A stretch of 64,000 nucleotides of DNA. It comes from a plasmid. A model generated the notes under the pieces. The model made no database searches. It was not told the origin of the DNA and saw only the letters and a program-made list of their open reading frames with translations. The stretch lies in the NCBI RefSeq assembly GCF_054482595.1, contig NZ_JBTHVH010000004.1. One strand, 5' to 3'. The stretch's first letter is position 1. Each line of letters opens with the position of its first letter. Both the position numbers and the translations under genes were made by a program. This document shows positions 39,702-50,783 of this stretch, piece by piece.

Positions 39702-40493
39702 TTATTTGCCGACTACCTTGGTGATCTCGCCTTTCACGTAGTGAACAAATTCTTCCAACTGATCTGCGCGCGAGGCCAAGCGATCTTCTTCTTGTCCAAG
39801 ATAAGCCTGTCTAGCTTCAAGTATGACGGGCTGATACTGGGCCGGCAGGCGCTCCATTGCCCAGTCGGCAGCGACATCCTTCGGCGCGATTTTGCCGGTT
39901 ACTGCGCTGTACCAAATGCGGGACAACGTAAGCACTACATTTCGCTCATCGCCAGCCCAGTCGGGCGGCGAGTTCCATAGCGTTAAGGTTTCATTTAGCG
40001 CCTCAAATAGATCCTGTTCAGGAACCGGATCAAAGAGTTCCTCCGCCGCTGGACCTACCAAGGCAACGCTATGTTCTCTTGCTTTTGTCAGCAAGATAGC
40101 CAGATCAATGTCGATCGTGGCTGGCTCGAAGATACCTGCAAGAATGTCATTGCGCTGCCATTCTCCAAATTGCAGTTCGCGCTTAGCTGGATAACGCCAC
40201 GGAATGATGTCGTCGTGCACAACAATGGTGACTTCTACAGCGCGGAGAATCTCGCTCTCTCCAGGGGAAGCCGAAGTTTCCAAAAGGTCGTTGATCAAAG
40301 CTCGCCGCGTTGTTTCATCAAGCCTTACGGTCACCGTAACCAGCAAATCAATATCACTGTGTGGCTTCAGGCCGCCATCCACTGCGGAGCCGTACAAATG
40401 TACGGCCAGCAACGTCGGTTCGAGATGGCGCTCGATGACGCCAACTACCTCTGATAGTTGAGTCGATACTTCGGCGATCACCACTTCCCTCAT
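39702..40493 (-). CDS. aadA1: Aminoglycoside adenylyltransferase AadA1
   Basis: 263-aa product MREVVIAEVSTQLSEVVGVIERHLEPTLLAVHLYGSAVDGGLKPHSDIDLL...KVVGK, followed by an aadA attC. Confidence 0.9.
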   Translation of the reverse strand: MREVVIAEVSTQLSEVVGVIERHLEPTLLAVHLYGSAVDGGLKPHSDIDLLVTVTVRLDETTRRALINDLLETSASPGESEILRAVEVTIVVHDDIIPWRYPAKRELQFGEWQRNDILAGIFEPATIDIDLAILLTKAREHSVALVGPAAEELFDPVPEQDLFEALNETLTLWNSPPDWAGDERNVVLTLSRIWYSAVTGKIAPKDVAADWAMERLPAQYQPVILEARQAYLGQEEDRLASRADQLEEFVHYVKGEITKVVGK

Positions 40494-40509
40494 GATGTTT
40501 AACTTTGTT

Positions 40510-41310
40510 TTAGCCACCAATGATGCCCTCACTTTCCATGATTTTGGTGGGAATGGATTTTCTTAGCGGCAACTTACTTTCGTTGTCTATATCCATGTTA
40601 AAGGCGAAAAAGTAAACCTCTGTCTCCTTCTCAACCCACCCAACCCACCATGCGACACCAGGATTTGACTCAGTTCCCACACCAGAAAAACCAGTTTTTG
40701 AATGCACTAGATATTCAGGTGCCGCCTCCGTTACCAAAGCCTCTTTTACTATTAGCTGGTTTTCTTTAGATGCTGACAATTTATTTAAATATAGAGACTC
40801 TAGAAACTCCACTTGATTAACTGCGGAAATTCTAAGCTGGCCTTCCAACCAGAATTTGTCAATGCCACCACTGATATTCTGGTTGCCATAGGAAAATTTT
40901 TTAAGGTATTTCTGCATTCTTACTTCGCCAACTTCTCTGGCGATTTGTTGAAATACGGGAACAGCTGAAACTTGTATTGCCCCTCTTAAGGTCAAGTCTC
41001 TTTCCCATTGCTTCATGGCTCTTGGCTTTCCGTCCCATTTGAAAACCTGATGCTCATTCTTTATGACACCAGTTTCTAGGCCGATAATTGCGTTGGGGAT
41101 CTTAAATGTTGATGCTGGAAGATATTCCTTTGATGCACGAGCTAAGTCATTGGTAGCGCAGGATTTACTGCTACTTTTACAAAGCACGAAGACACCATTG
41201 ACGGCTTCGGCAGAGAACTCTTTGTTCCAAGACGTATTTTCTGTAATTGAACCAGCTAATGCCGTACTCGAAAGACACGCGATAATTACATATGCGGCAA
41301 ATGTTTTCAT
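40510..41310 (-). CDS. blaOXA-10: Class D beta-lactamase OXA-10
   Basis: 266-aa product [74 protein letters not shown]... Confidence 0.85.
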   Translation of the reverse strand: MKTFAAYVIIACLSSTALAGSITENTSWNKEFSAEAVNGVFVLCKSSSKSCATNDLARASKEYLPASTFKIPNAIIGLETGVIKNEHQVFKWDGKPRAMKQWERDLTLRGAIQVSAVPVFQQIAREVGEVRMQKYLKKFSYGNQNISGGIDKFWLEGQLRISAVNQVEFLESLYLNKLSASKENQLIVKEALVTEAAPEYLVHSKTGFSGVGTESNPGVAWWVGWVEKETEVYFFAFNMDIDNESKLPLRKSIPTKIMESEGIIGG

Positions 41311-41574
41311 GGCACCTTCTTGGTGGCTAACGTTAATTCGACCTCAGAGGCGTTTAAGTCAAAATACCTCTGACGTCTAACATGATTAATCAAAGTCTGA
41401 TTTTTTAACAAAATCAGAAAGATAGACGCGAAACTTTAAAACAAAGGCGTCAACACTTCAAGTAGCGATCTTTCGCTTCGGCGAGGCCTAACGCCTGAGC
41501 TCAGCCGACCGAAACCGCGTAGCGGTTTTGGGTCGGCTGCAGCGATTTGTTGGGCGATAGCTTGCCACATTCTC

Positions 41575-42834
41575 TCAACGATTGGGATTTGATGTACTTT
41601 CCGCACTTTGTAGCGCGACCACATCATGCTCCCCCTGGCCGCGAGAGCCCTTCACTCGGGAAACACAAGACAGACCGAGCACGACTGTTGCAAGGGTCAA
41701 ACAGTACACGACAACCGGCCAAGCCGTGTTGCGCGGCAACAGCGAAATGATCAACGTTCCGATGCTTCCTAGCAGTACACCGCCCAAGCAGAAGTAGACT
41801 GCCGTGACCGTTCCAGCAACATGGTCGAATCCTCGAAGAGCGCCATTGGGCGACACAGATACCGCTGTGGCGACACCAATACCCACTAGCCACATTGGAG
41901 CAATAAAGCCTAACACGGACTGCGAAGCCCATATTTCGGTGATGGCAAGCAATACTGCTCCAGCTATCAGGCATCCCATTCCCATTCGCAAGACACTTGG
42001 GCTGCCCCACTTGGGTATCACACGCCCCATAAAACGAGCCGTAAACACCATGGCAATTGCCACTGTGGCGAACAGCAGGCTGAAGCCAAGCTGAGACACA
42101 CCTTGCCTGCCCATCATTAGTCCGGGCGCAATGGAGAAAAAGACGAAGAAGCTACCCATTCCAGCGGCGTAACACAACGTGTACAACCAGAAGTTCAGGC
42201 ACTTAACGGGGAGTAGCAGCTGCGACCATTGCAAGCCCGCAACTCGTTGCACCCGGGTTTCAGGCCAGAATCGCCACGCTGCTGCAGATGCAGCGATCAT
42301 GCCCAAACCTAGAAACGCAAAGATAGCCCGCCACCCAAGCCACATGTCGACGAGCGCTCCGAGCAATGGGCCTACCGCCGGGACCATGGCCAGCATGGAT
42401 CCGAGTATGCCGTAAATGACATTACTTTCCTCGCGACCTGCGTAAATGTCACGTACTGTTGCAAATGTGGAAACAAGGCACGCCGAGGCACCACAAGCCT
42501 GAAGAATCCGAAGCCCCAGAAAGACTTCAGCCGATGACGTAAGAGCGAGGCCCATTGACGCCACAACGTAGGCGAGGCCACCTCCCAGTAGAACGGGGCG
42601 GCGCCCCAGTCGGTCCGATAGCGGTCCAAACAAGAGCTGACCGGCACCAATCATGACCAAGTACGTTGTCAGCGTAAGCTGAATTGTGCTCGCTGTCGTA
42701 CCAAGCGCGTTTGGCATAAACGGCACTGCTGGCAAGTACATGTCCATGCCGAGTGATGCCAATAAATCGAACGGTGATAACAACAACACCGTGGCGGCAA
42801 GGGAGTACCGCCAACTAAAGTTTTTTGAGCGCAC
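41575..42834 (-). CDS. cmlA: Chloramphenicol efflux MFS transporter CmlA (cmlA5-type cassette)
   Basis: 419-aa product (GTG start) MRSKNFSWRYSLAATVLLLSPFDLLASLGMDMYLPAVPFMPNALG... Confidence 0.85.
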   Translation of the reverse strand: MRSKNFSWRYSLAATVLLLSPFDLLASLGMDMYLPAVPFMPNALGTTASTIQLTLTTYLVMIGAGQLLFGPLSDRLGRRPVLLGGGLAYVVASMGLALTSSAEVFLGLRILQACGASACLVSTFATVRDIYAGREESNVIYGILGSMLAMVPAVGPLLGALVDMWLGWRAIFAFLGLGMIAASAAAWRFWPETRVQRVAGLQWSQLLLPVKCLNFWLYTLCYAAGMGSFFVFFSIAPGLMMGRQGVSQLGFSLLFATVAIAMVFTARFMGRVIPKWGSPSVLRMGMGCLIAGAVLLAITEIWASQSVLGFIAPMWLVGIGVATAVSVSPNGALRGFDHVAGTVTAVYFCLGGVLLGSIGTLIISLLPRNTAWPVVVYCLTLATVVLGLSCVSRVKGSRGQGEHDVVALQSAESTSNPNR

Positions 42835-42932
42835 GAAACCATCTCCTTGAACAAAGGATTTGGCGGCGCTCCCGTAGAGCAAAAGGATTCATGAGAACGC
42901 CGCAACAACCGAAAAATGAAGGTTGCTGCGGC

Positions 42933-42962
42933 TTACTTGTCTGCGTTCTTGGAAGTGCTCAT
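42933..42962 (-). promoter_or_regulatory. cmlA translational-attenuation leader peptide MSTSKNADK
   Basis: atgagcacttccaagaacgcagacaagtaa on the minus strand. It is followed by inverted repeats gttgttgcggc / gccgcagcaacc. Confidence 0.65.
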
Positions 42963-43154
42963 CTGCTGACTATCTCATGATTGAATTTGAATCGTAACAA
43001 CTTTCAAGCAACTCTGCGAGGAGCCTTATTGTGCGCCCAACGCCGCCATAAACGGCGACAGGGTGGCGCGCCTATTGCGCATAAAATGGCGAAGCCATGC
43101 GCAACAGGCGCGGAATCTCTGGCGTCCGGTTTGATGGCTTTGTTATGCAAAGGA

Positions 43155-43607
43155 CTAGTCTTCAATGACGTGTAAACCACGGCGCTTTAAGTCCTCTAAC
43201 GAATCCAACATTCCCCTTATTAATTCAACAGGATGCCCCTCCCAGTCTTCAACAACGCCAACAATTCTCAAGGGTTCGCAGGTTCTATAGGACTGTGTTG
43301 GATTACCGGGAAATTTTTTGTTCGTAAGATTCGGATCGTCTTCGAACGGTCCTGTTGGCTCAACTATGTATATGTAGCCGCGACCCTCGAGGCCAGACAG
43401 TGACATAGCAAGTTCAGCTCCCCAAACTGCTGGCTCCATCAAGGCTGAAAAGTAGATGTGCTTAAGAATACGACCGTCCTCGAAATGAGAGATGAACCCT
43501 GTGGTTAGCAAGTCACCAATCGCCAAATTGGCTTTGGTTCCATGATAGAACGGTCCTTGCACCTGCTTGTAATTATCATGAGAGATGGGAATCCAATCTT
43601 TTACCAT
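43155..43607 (-). CDS. arr-2: Rifampin ADP-ribosyltransferase Arr-2, the first cassette
   Basis: 150-aa product MVKDWIPISHDNYKQVQGPFYHGTKANLAIGDLLTTGFISHFEDGRILKHIYF... Confidence 0.85.
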   Translation of the reverse strand: MVKDWIPISHDNYKQVQGPFYHGTKANLAIGDLLTTGFISHFEDGRILKHIYFSALMEPAVWGAELAMSLSGLEGRGYIYIVEPTGPFEDDPNLTNKKFPGNPTQSYRTCEPLRIVGVVEDWEGHPVELIRGMLDSLEDLKRRGLHVIED

Positions 43608-43779
43608 TTTAAGACCCTTAATTGTTGGGATTTGGCTGCATAACTTTGTTTTAGGGCGACTGCCCTGCTGCGTAACATCGTTGCTGCTCCATAACATCAA
43701 ACATCGACCCACGGCGTAACGCGCTTGCTGCTTGGATGCCCGAGGCATAGACTGTACAAAAAAACAGTCATAACAAGCC

Positions 43780-44785
43780 ATGAAAACCGCCACTGCGCCG
43801 TTACCACCGCTGCGTTCGGTCAAGGTTCTGGACCAGTTGCGTGAGCGCATACGCTACTTGCATTACAGCTTACGAACCGAACAGGCTTATGTCCACTGGG
43901 TTCGTGCCTTCATCCGTTTCCACGGTGTGCGTCACCCGGCAACCTTGGGCAGCAGCGAAGTCGAGGCATTTCTGTCCTGGCTGGCGAACGAGCGCAAGGT
44001 TTCGGTCTCCACGCATCGTCAGGCATTGGCGGCCTTGCTGTTCTTCTACGGCAAGGTGCTGTGCACGGATCTGCCCTGGCTTCAGGAGATCGGAAGACCT
44101 CGGCCGTCGCGGCGCTTGCCGGTGGTGCTGACCCCGGATGAAGTGGTTCGCATCCTCGGTTTTCTGGAAGGCGAGCATCGTTTGTTCGCCCAGCTTCTGT
44201 ATGGAACGGGCATGCGGATCAGTGAGGGTTTGCAACTGCGGGTCAAGGATCTGGATTTCGATCACGGCACGATCATCGTGCGGGAGGGCAAGGGCTCCAA
44301 GGATCGGGCCTTGATGTTACCCGAGAGCTTGGCACCCAGCCTGCGCGAGCAGCTGTCGCGTGCACGGGCATGGTGGCTGAAGGACCAGGCCGAGGGCCGC
44401 AGCGGCGTTGCGCTTCCCGACGCCCTTGAGCGGAAGTATCCGCGCGCCGGGCATTCCTGGCCGTGGTTCTGGGTTTTTGCGCAGCACACGCATTCGACCG
44501 ATCCACGGAGCGGTGTCGTGCGTCGCCATCACATGTATGACCAGACCTTTCAGCGCGCCTTCAAACGTGCCGTAGAACAAGCAGGCATCACGAAGCCCGC
44601 CACACCGCACACCCTCCGCCACTCGTTCGCGACGGCCTTGCTCCGCAGCGGTTACGACATTCGAACCGTGCAGGATCTGCTCGGCCATTCCGACGTCTCT
44701 ACGACGATGATTTACACGCATGTGCTGAAAGTTGGCGGTGCCGGAGTGCGCTCACCGCTTGATGCGCTGCCGCCCCTCACTAGTG
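43780..44785 (+). CDS. intI1: Class 1 integron integrase IntI1. IS26 replaces the last 2-3 codons.
   Basis: [57 protein letters not shown]... runs to ...[10 protein letters not shown] and then directly into the IS26 IR. Confidence 0.9.
43867..43895 (-). promoter_or_regulatory. Integron Pc promoter, weak variant
   Basis: Plus-strand agctta at 43867-43872 and tgtcca at 43890-43895, with 17-bp spacing. Confidence 0.6.
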
Positions 44786-45605
44786 GGCACTGTTGCAAAG
44801 TTAGCGATGAGGCAGCCTTTTGTCTTATTCAAAGGCCTTACATTTCAAAAACTCTGCTTACCAGGCGCATTTCGCCCAGGGGATCACCATAATAAAATGC
44901 TGAGGCCTGGCCTTTGCGTAGTGCACGCATCACCTCAATACCTTTGATGGTGGCGTAAGCCGTCTTCATGGATTTAAATCCCAGCGTGGCGCCGATTATC
45001 CGTTTCAGTTTGCCATGATCGCATTCAATCACGTTGTTCCGGTACTTAATCTGTCGGTGTTCAACGTCAGACGGGCACCGGCCTTCGCGTTTGAGCAGAG
45101 CAAGCGCGCGACCATAGGCGGGCGCTTTATCCGTGTTGATGAATCGCGGGATCTGCCACTTCTTCACGTTGTTGAGGATTTTACCCAGAAACCGGTATGC
45201 AGCTTTGCTGTTACGACGGGAGGAGAGATAAAAATCGACAGTGCGGCCCCGGCTGTCGACGGCCCGGTACAGATACGCCCAGCGGCCATTGACCTTCACG
45301 TAGGTTTCATCCATGTGCCACGGGCAAAGATCGGAAGGGTTACGCCAGTACCAGCGCAGCCGTTTTTCCATTTCAGGCGCATAACGCTGAACCCAGCGGT
45401 AAATCGTGGAGTGATCGACATTCACTCCGCGTTCAGCCAGCATCTCCTGCAGCTCACGGTAACTGATGCCGTATTTGCAGTACCAGCGTACGGCCCACAG
45501 AATGATGTCACGCTGAAAATGCCGGCCTTTGAATGGGTTCATGTGCAGCTCCATCAGCAAAAGGGGATGATAAGTTTATCACCACCGACTATTTGCAACA
45601 GTGCC
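44786..45605 (-). mobile_element. IS26 copy 6
   Basis: IRs at 44786 and 45592-45605. Confidence 0.95.
44838..45560 (-). CDS. tnp26: IS26 transposase
   Basis: Identical product. Confidence 0.95.
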
Positions 45606-46316
45606 CGTTCTCATAATGCGATACACCCGCTTTGCATTAACCACAGGCAGGCCGTCCCGCTCCGACTCCCGTCGCAGCAGCGCCCACACACGGCGATAAC
45701 CATACGTCGGCAGGTCAGCCACCGCCATGTTTATCCGGGACAATACGGTGGTATCGTCAGAACGGGGCTGCCGTCTGCGATCCTGTCAGTCAGATGGCCG
45801 GTGAACCCGAATGCTCAACTGCGCACGCGACACGCTAAGACTTCTGCAAACGTCGCTTATTCGTCGTTCCCAGGCAACGAGGGCGCATGCGCAATCCATT
45901 TTTTTGCCCGGCCGAACTCCACGGCCTCTTTGAGTATCTCGGCTTCCATCGTCTTTTTGCCCAGAAGGCGCTGGAGTTCGCGAATTTGCTTATTGGCGGC
46001 AGCGAGTTCGGAGGCCGGCACCACTTCCTCGCCCGATGCAACAGCCGTCAGTGAACCGTCTTAATATTGCTTGCGCCATTTGAATATCTGGTTTGCATTG
46101 ATGCCATGCAGGCGCGCGACATGAGACACGGTCATACCGGGCTCCATAGTCTGCTGAATAATGGCAATTTTTTCCTGCGGTGTACGACGCCGACGCCGCT
46201 CAGGTCCTGATAACACTTCAACCATCTTATCGTTCTGACTGGTATTAAACATAGTTCCAAGACTACCTCTTATTTTAAGAGAGTCGAAGTGTCTGGTGAT
46301 CTATGGGGCCAGTCTA
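45606..46316 (-). mobile_element. IS3-family (IS2 group, ISEcl2-like) remnant upstream of qnrS1, cut by IS26
   Basis: The terminal IR tagactggcccc lies at 46305-46316 in reverse complement. orfA resembles IS2 InsC. The start of orfB (...[16 protein letters not shown]...) is present and cut at 45606. Confidence 0.65.
46061..46252 (-). pseudogene. IS3-family OrfA with a premature stop (KWRKQY*)
   Basis: [63 protein letters not shown]. The homologous reading frame continues after a TAA. Confidence 0.6.
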
Positions 46317-46619
46317 GCCCTCTTCCAAGTGTAGGGAGATATAGTCAAAGTTTGCTTCTCCGCCGATGAGTCCGCCCTGCGTCGGATAGTCCGATTTTTT
46401 ACCGGCGAAGCACGGCTCTCCTAACCCTATCTAAAGCGAATAACTTTTTTCAACAGGGCCGCGTGCCAATGCAAGAGCGATAGGCGCTCTACGCGCCAAT
46501 TTGACCACTTAAAACAGGTAAATTGAGGGGTTGTAATGTGTTGATGTAACAGGCTTTTATTTTAATGTCTTGGCATATGTATAATGGTAGTCTAGCCCTC
46601 CTTTCAACAAGGAGTACTC

Positions 46620-47276
46620 ATGGAAACCTACAATCATACATATCGGCACCACAACTTTTCACATAAAGACTTAAGTGATCTCACCTTCACCGCTTGCACA
46701 TTCATTCGCAGCGACTTTCGACGTGCTAACTTGCGTGATACGACATTCGTCAACTGCAAGTTCATTGAACAGGGTGATATCGAAGGCTGCCACTTTGATG
46801 TCGCAGATCTTCGTGATGCAAGTTTCCAACAATGCCAACTTGCGATGGCAAACTTCAGTAATGCCAATTGCTACGGTATAGAGTTCCGTGCGTGTGATTT
46901 AAAAGGTGCCAACTTTTCCCGAACAAACTTTGCCCATCAAGTGAGTAATCGTATGTACTTTTGCTCAGCATTTATTTCTGGATGTAATCTTTCCTATGCC
47001 AATATGGAGAGGGTTTGTTTAGAAAAATGTGAGTTGTTTGAAAATCGCTGGATAGGAACGAACCTAGCGGGTGCATCACTGAAAGAGTCAGACTTAAGTC
47101 GAGGTGTTTTTTCCGAAGATGTCTGGGGGCAATTTAGCCTACAGGGTGCCAATTTATGCCACGCCGAACTCGACGGTTTAGATCCCCGCAAAGTCGATAC
47201 ATCAGGTATCAAAATTGCAGCCTGGCAGCAAGAACTGATTCTCGAAGCACTGGGTATTGTTGTTTATCCTGACTAA
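46620..47276 (+). CDS. qnrS1: Pentapeptide-repeat quinolone resistance protein QnrS1
   Basis: 218-aa product METYNHTYRHHNFSHKDLSDLTFTACTFIRSDFRRANLRDTTFVNCKF... Confidence 0.9.
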   Translation: METYNHTYRHHNFSHKDLSDLTFTACTFIRSDFRRANLRDTTFVNCKFIEQGDIEGCHFDVADLRDASFQQCQLAMANFSNANCYGIEFRACDLKGANFSRTNFAHQVSNRMYFCSAFISGCNLSYANMERVCLEKCELFENRWIGTNLAGASLKESDLSRGVFSEDVWGQFSLQGANLCHAELDGLDPRKVDTSGIKIAAWQQELILEALGIVVYPD

Positions 47277-47594
47277 TTGCTTTGATGTGTGATTTTAAAC
47301 GCTCAAATTTATAAAACGAATAATATTGTCAACCTTGCAATAATAGACATAGGGACAACCATGTATAAATTTTTACCCTCAGGCGTCTTCACAATAGAGC
47401 CATATAGCAGTGGGTCACTTAGTGGGCTTAATTTTTCCATTAAAGATAATATTAATATTGCTCAGTATAAAACATCATATGGTAGCCCATCTTGGCAAGT
47501 AAACATAAGGCTGCCATTTATAAGGCACTGTTGCAAAAATGTGGAGGTGATAGGGGTACTACGCCGGAACCCCAGATTTTTCCGTCCGTTCAAA

Positions 47595-48032
47595 TTATCC
47601 ACGGTTGAGCAGCTTGATCCCGTCCGCCCGCAGTTGACCAACAGGGGAAATATGCCTGTACAAAGTTTGCCGGGTTATCCCAAGTTCCTGGCATAGCGTA
47701 CTGACCTTTGTTTCTGATTGTCCCATTGATGCCATTGCCAGTCGCAGTTTGACTGGCGTCATTTTATAAGGTCGGCCGCCGTTCCGCCCACGGGCTCTTG
47801 CTGATGCCAGACCTGCAGTCGTTCTTTCAGCAATCAGTTCGCGCTCAAACTCCGCCAGTGCGGCAAAGATACCGAAGACAAGCTTGCCAGCGGCCGTTGT
47901 TGTGTCGATAGTCGCCCCGTGACCGGTCAGCACTTTCAGACCGGTCCCCCTCGCGGTCAGGTCGTGCACTGTATTAATGAGATGACGAAGATCACGACCG
48001 AGGCGGTCCAGCTTCCATACGACCGAGAGCAT
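47595..48032 (-). pseudogene. tnpR: Resolvase (tnpR), C-terminal fragment adjacent to the ISKpn19-like end
   Basis: ...KLDRLGRDLRHLINTVHDLTARG...GRPYKMTPVKLRLAMASMGQSETKVSTLCQELGITRQTLYRHIS. Confidence 0.6.
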
Positions 48033-48055
48033 AAAAAATATTGGGGCAGCGTGAG

Positions 48056-49450
48056 CTATGCTGCCATCGCTGGTCCCTTCCCGTCACTTTGAAAACCCGG
48101 ATACCAGCAGACAAATTTATCCTGCAGTTCGTTATTCAAAACGGCGGTCCGGGTCTGTAACAAATAATGAGCCCCTTTTCTGCTCCACTGCATCTGCTGC
48201 TTTTTGGCCATTCGTCTGGCGATCACTTCATTGATCGTGGATTCCACAAACGCGGTTGATACCGGCTCTCCGTACCGACGCATTTCGCCGTAGTTTGGGA
48301 TCATCATCTTATTATTCCGGATGTAGGTATACATTTCATCCAGATGTTTTTGCAGGGATTTCAGGCTAGGATAGCTGAGTTCAGGGTCATCGCAATACAT
48401 AACGCAATTATCAATATGTTCCAGCGCAGCGACAACATTGCCATGCCAGAGATATCGTTTAATGCTTTCCAGCAGTGCCAGAACTTTACTCCCCGCCTCT
48501 GGATCTGATACCAGCAGTCCCCGGGCATATTGCATGAGCACCTTCAGCCTCATGGTGATATGAAACCAGTCCAGCACATGCGTTGACTCAGGGTACATAC
48601 CGAACTGGAGGTCCCTGAGATTATCCGCGCCGTCGGACAGAAAAAATATCTGCTGGTTGGCCTGCATTCCCTGCGCTGAAAGGTGGGTCATGAGCCTGCG
48701 TTCCGGATGACAGTCATCCTTCTGAACAAAACCGAAGCGGCGGGTGTCAGCAGGCGCACCAACGGAAAAAGACTTCCCGGCAATAATTTCAAAATTACGC
48801 TTTTTGTCATCCCGATCGCGAACATAACCACCATCTATACCCACCACAAGCGGTTTTCCTGGCCTGGGCAGGTTCCCCCAGTCGCGGGGGCAGCCGGAAA
48901 GAAAACCTGAATGAGCTTCAGCCTCAGCGTCAAGACGCTGCGCCACCTGGCATAAATGATTCCTCACCGTTGAGGCATTCAGGCTGTGGCCCACCGGCAG
49001 AATATCTTTCAGCAGACGAGTCGTCATTTCATAGGAGATCATCGAGGCCCAGCGGGTTTCAATATATTTCAGTGCCGGGTGAGAATAATCGCCGGCCCAG
49101 TCGCTGAGCAAACTGACTGTCTTTGTATCACTCTCTTCACAACGGCACCGGTACACCCGAAGCCCGGATACCGGAATAACGCCAAACAGCGTCCGGTACC
49201 GTATTTTCTGTTTGCCTTTGATTCTGCGCGCAGCAAGGCAGTGAGGGCACCGGATATGGTGTTGAGTATATTCGTCTGCCTGCAGCTGGACCACCGACTG
49301 CTGGACCGTATTCAGCAACAGCTTGGATTCTGACACCGATAATCCGATGTCGTTCCGGGTCTCCCCTGATTTCTGGATTGTCATCAGTTCCTCCGTTCGA
49401 CTGGAGCCTGATTCATCGGTGATGACTATCTGGAGCGTCAGTTGCATCAT
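48056..49450 (-). CDS. tnpA: ISKra4-family transposase (464 aa)
   Basis: MMQLTLQIVITDESGSSRTEELMTIQKSGETRNDIGLSVSESKLLL... Confidence 0.7.
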   Translation of the reverse strand: MMQLTLQIVITDESGSSRTEELMTIQKSGETRNDIGLSVSESKLLLNTVQQSVVQLQADEYTQHHIRCPHCLAARRIKGKQKIRYRTLFGVIPVSGLRVYRCRCEESDTKTVSLLSDWAGDYSHPALKYIETRWASMISYEMTTRLLKDILPVGHSLNASTVRNHLCQVAQRLDAEAEAHSGFLSGCPRDWGNLPRPGKPLVVGIDGGYVRDRDDKKRNFEIIAGKSFSVGAPADTRRFGFVQKDDCHPERRLMTHLSAQGMQANQQIFFLSDGADNLRDLQFGMYPESTHVLDWFHITMRLKVLMQYARGLLVSDPEAGSKVLALLESIKRYLWHGNVVAALEHIDNCVMYCDDPELSYPSLKSLQKHLDEMYTYIRNNKMMIPNYGEMRRYGEPVSTAFVESTINEVIARRMAKKQQMQWSRKGAHYLLQTRTAVLNNELQDKFVCWYPGFQSDGKGPAMAA

Positions 49451-49483
49451 TGCCTCCTGCTGTGGTGGATGACTATCTCCCGG

Positions 49484-50056
49484 CTACTGGTTGTTCATCT
49501 GGTGACGAAGCTTATAATATGTGGAAACGCCAAGGCCCGCATGGTCGCAGGCGATCCTGAGCCTGACCCCTCTGCTTCTGAGTGCGTCAATTTCCTGGAT
49601 CTTTTTGATATCGGCGCCGGGGCGCCCTGTTTTTTCACCCCGTGCTTTTTTCGCGGCGATGCCGTCGGCCTGCCTTTCCTTCAGTAAGGCTCGTTCAAAC
49701 TGGCTGAATGCCGACATCATGTGCAGCTGCAGTTCCTGCATCGGATTGTTTGTGCCGGCGCTGAACGTCAGCTGCTCTTTCAGAAAAATAAGGGTAACGC
49801 CCTGGTCACGAAGCCGGGTGGTGACAGCGCACATATCCGACATATTCCGGCAAAGGCGATCGATGGAATGAACCAGAAGCGTATCACCAGGGCGTAATTG
49901 CCCCAGGAGTTCCTGTAACCCCGGGCGGTTTGTGTCCTTCGCGCTGGCATGCTCAACACAAATTTTATCAGGCTGAAAACCCGCCTTTGACAATGCCTCT
50001 TCCTGACGGGCCGTATTCTGATCGGCCGAGCTTACCCTGATGTAGGCATATTGCAC
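49484..50056 (-). CDS. Serine recombinase / resolvase (190 aa, complete)
   Basis: MQYAYIRVSSADQNTARQEEALSKAGF...DTLLVHSIDRLCRNMSD... Confidence 0.7.
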   Translation of the reverse strand: MQYAYIRVSSADQNTARQEEALSKAGFQPDKICVEHASAKDTNRPGLQELLGQLRPGDTLLVHSIDRLCRNMSDMCAVTTRLRDQGVTLIFLKEQLTFSAGTNNPMQELQLHMMSAFSQFERALLKERQADGIAAKKARGEKTGRPGADIKKIQEIDALRSRGVRLRIACDHAGLGVSTYYKLRHQMNNQ

Positions 50057-50192
50057 GCAAAACCTCCGGAAGGTCTTTAAACATCATAGAGATTTAAAGA
50101 ATAATCCATAAACACTGATTTAGGGAGGTTTATAGACATTTTTTCGGGGATCTGAGAGGCATGCTGAAAACGTATACCTTTATAGACATCAG

Positions 50193-50783
50193 TCAGCGAC
50201 GACGGCCCAGCCAGATAACTTCAGGCTCCAGTACCGGAGATGCAAGGTCGAGCCTGCTCAGTTGCCGGTTGATTTTGTGGCGGTTGAACCTGACAGCATC
50301 CAGGTCGTCAGCAAAAGGGCGGATCTCGCCGACCGTTGTTTCATCATCCGCATTAACGATAGCTTCAAGAAACGCCAGGGTTTTATCGAACTCATCCGCA
50401 GCTGTGGCTCCGGGCATACCATGGCCGCTTATACAAAACGGCGCTTTCAGCGTAGAGTTTTCATAAATGGCCTCAACACGAATGTCATGAAGCCAGTGCT
50501 CAAAGAAATTGTATTCATAGGTAAAGCGATCGCCAGCATCAAAAGCAAAATCATCAATCACGACCCGGAACGGATTATCGACAAAACCGATGCCTCCTTC
50601 GTAGGAGATACCGTAATCTTTGCCATAAATGTGAAATTGATGGAGATGGTCGTCCCCCCAGCCCTGCACTATCTGGAAAATGAAGTGAAGCGCGGCCAGT
50701 GACGTGTCGGCAGCAATTCTCAGCCGACGCCAGACCATCGGACTGACTCCATGAACTGCTATTTTGATGACGTAGATCTTCAT
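50193..50783 (-). CDS. pRiA4b ORF-3-like family protein (196 aa)
   Basis: MKIYVIKIAVHGVSPMVWRRLRIAADTSLAALHFIFQIVQGWGDDHLHQFHIYGKDY... Confidence 0.45.
   Translation of the reverse strand: MKIYVIKIAVHGVSPMVWRRLRIAADTSLAALHFIFQIVQGWGDDHLHQFHIYGKDYGISYEGGIGFVDNPFRVVIDDFAFDAGDRFTYEYNFFEHWLHDIRVEAIYENSTLKAPFCISGHGMPGATAADEFDKTLAFLEAIVNADDETTVGEIRPFADDLDAVRFNRHKINRQLSRLDLASPVLEPEVIWLGRRR

Larger units (their letters stand above)
38971..44785 (-). mobile_element. Class 1 integron: intI1-attI1-arr-2-cmlA5-blaOXA-10-aadA1-dfrA14. The 3'-CS is absent and IS26 bounds both sides.
   Basis: Five cassette ORFs lie head-to-tail opposite intI1. 5'-CS sequence sits upstream of arr-2. Confidence 0.8.

Noticed and set aside
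47289-47696. 135-aa ORF immediately downstream of qnrS1
   Set aside because: It overlaps the resolvase fragment on the opposite strand and has no RBS or domain signal, so it is likely spurious.
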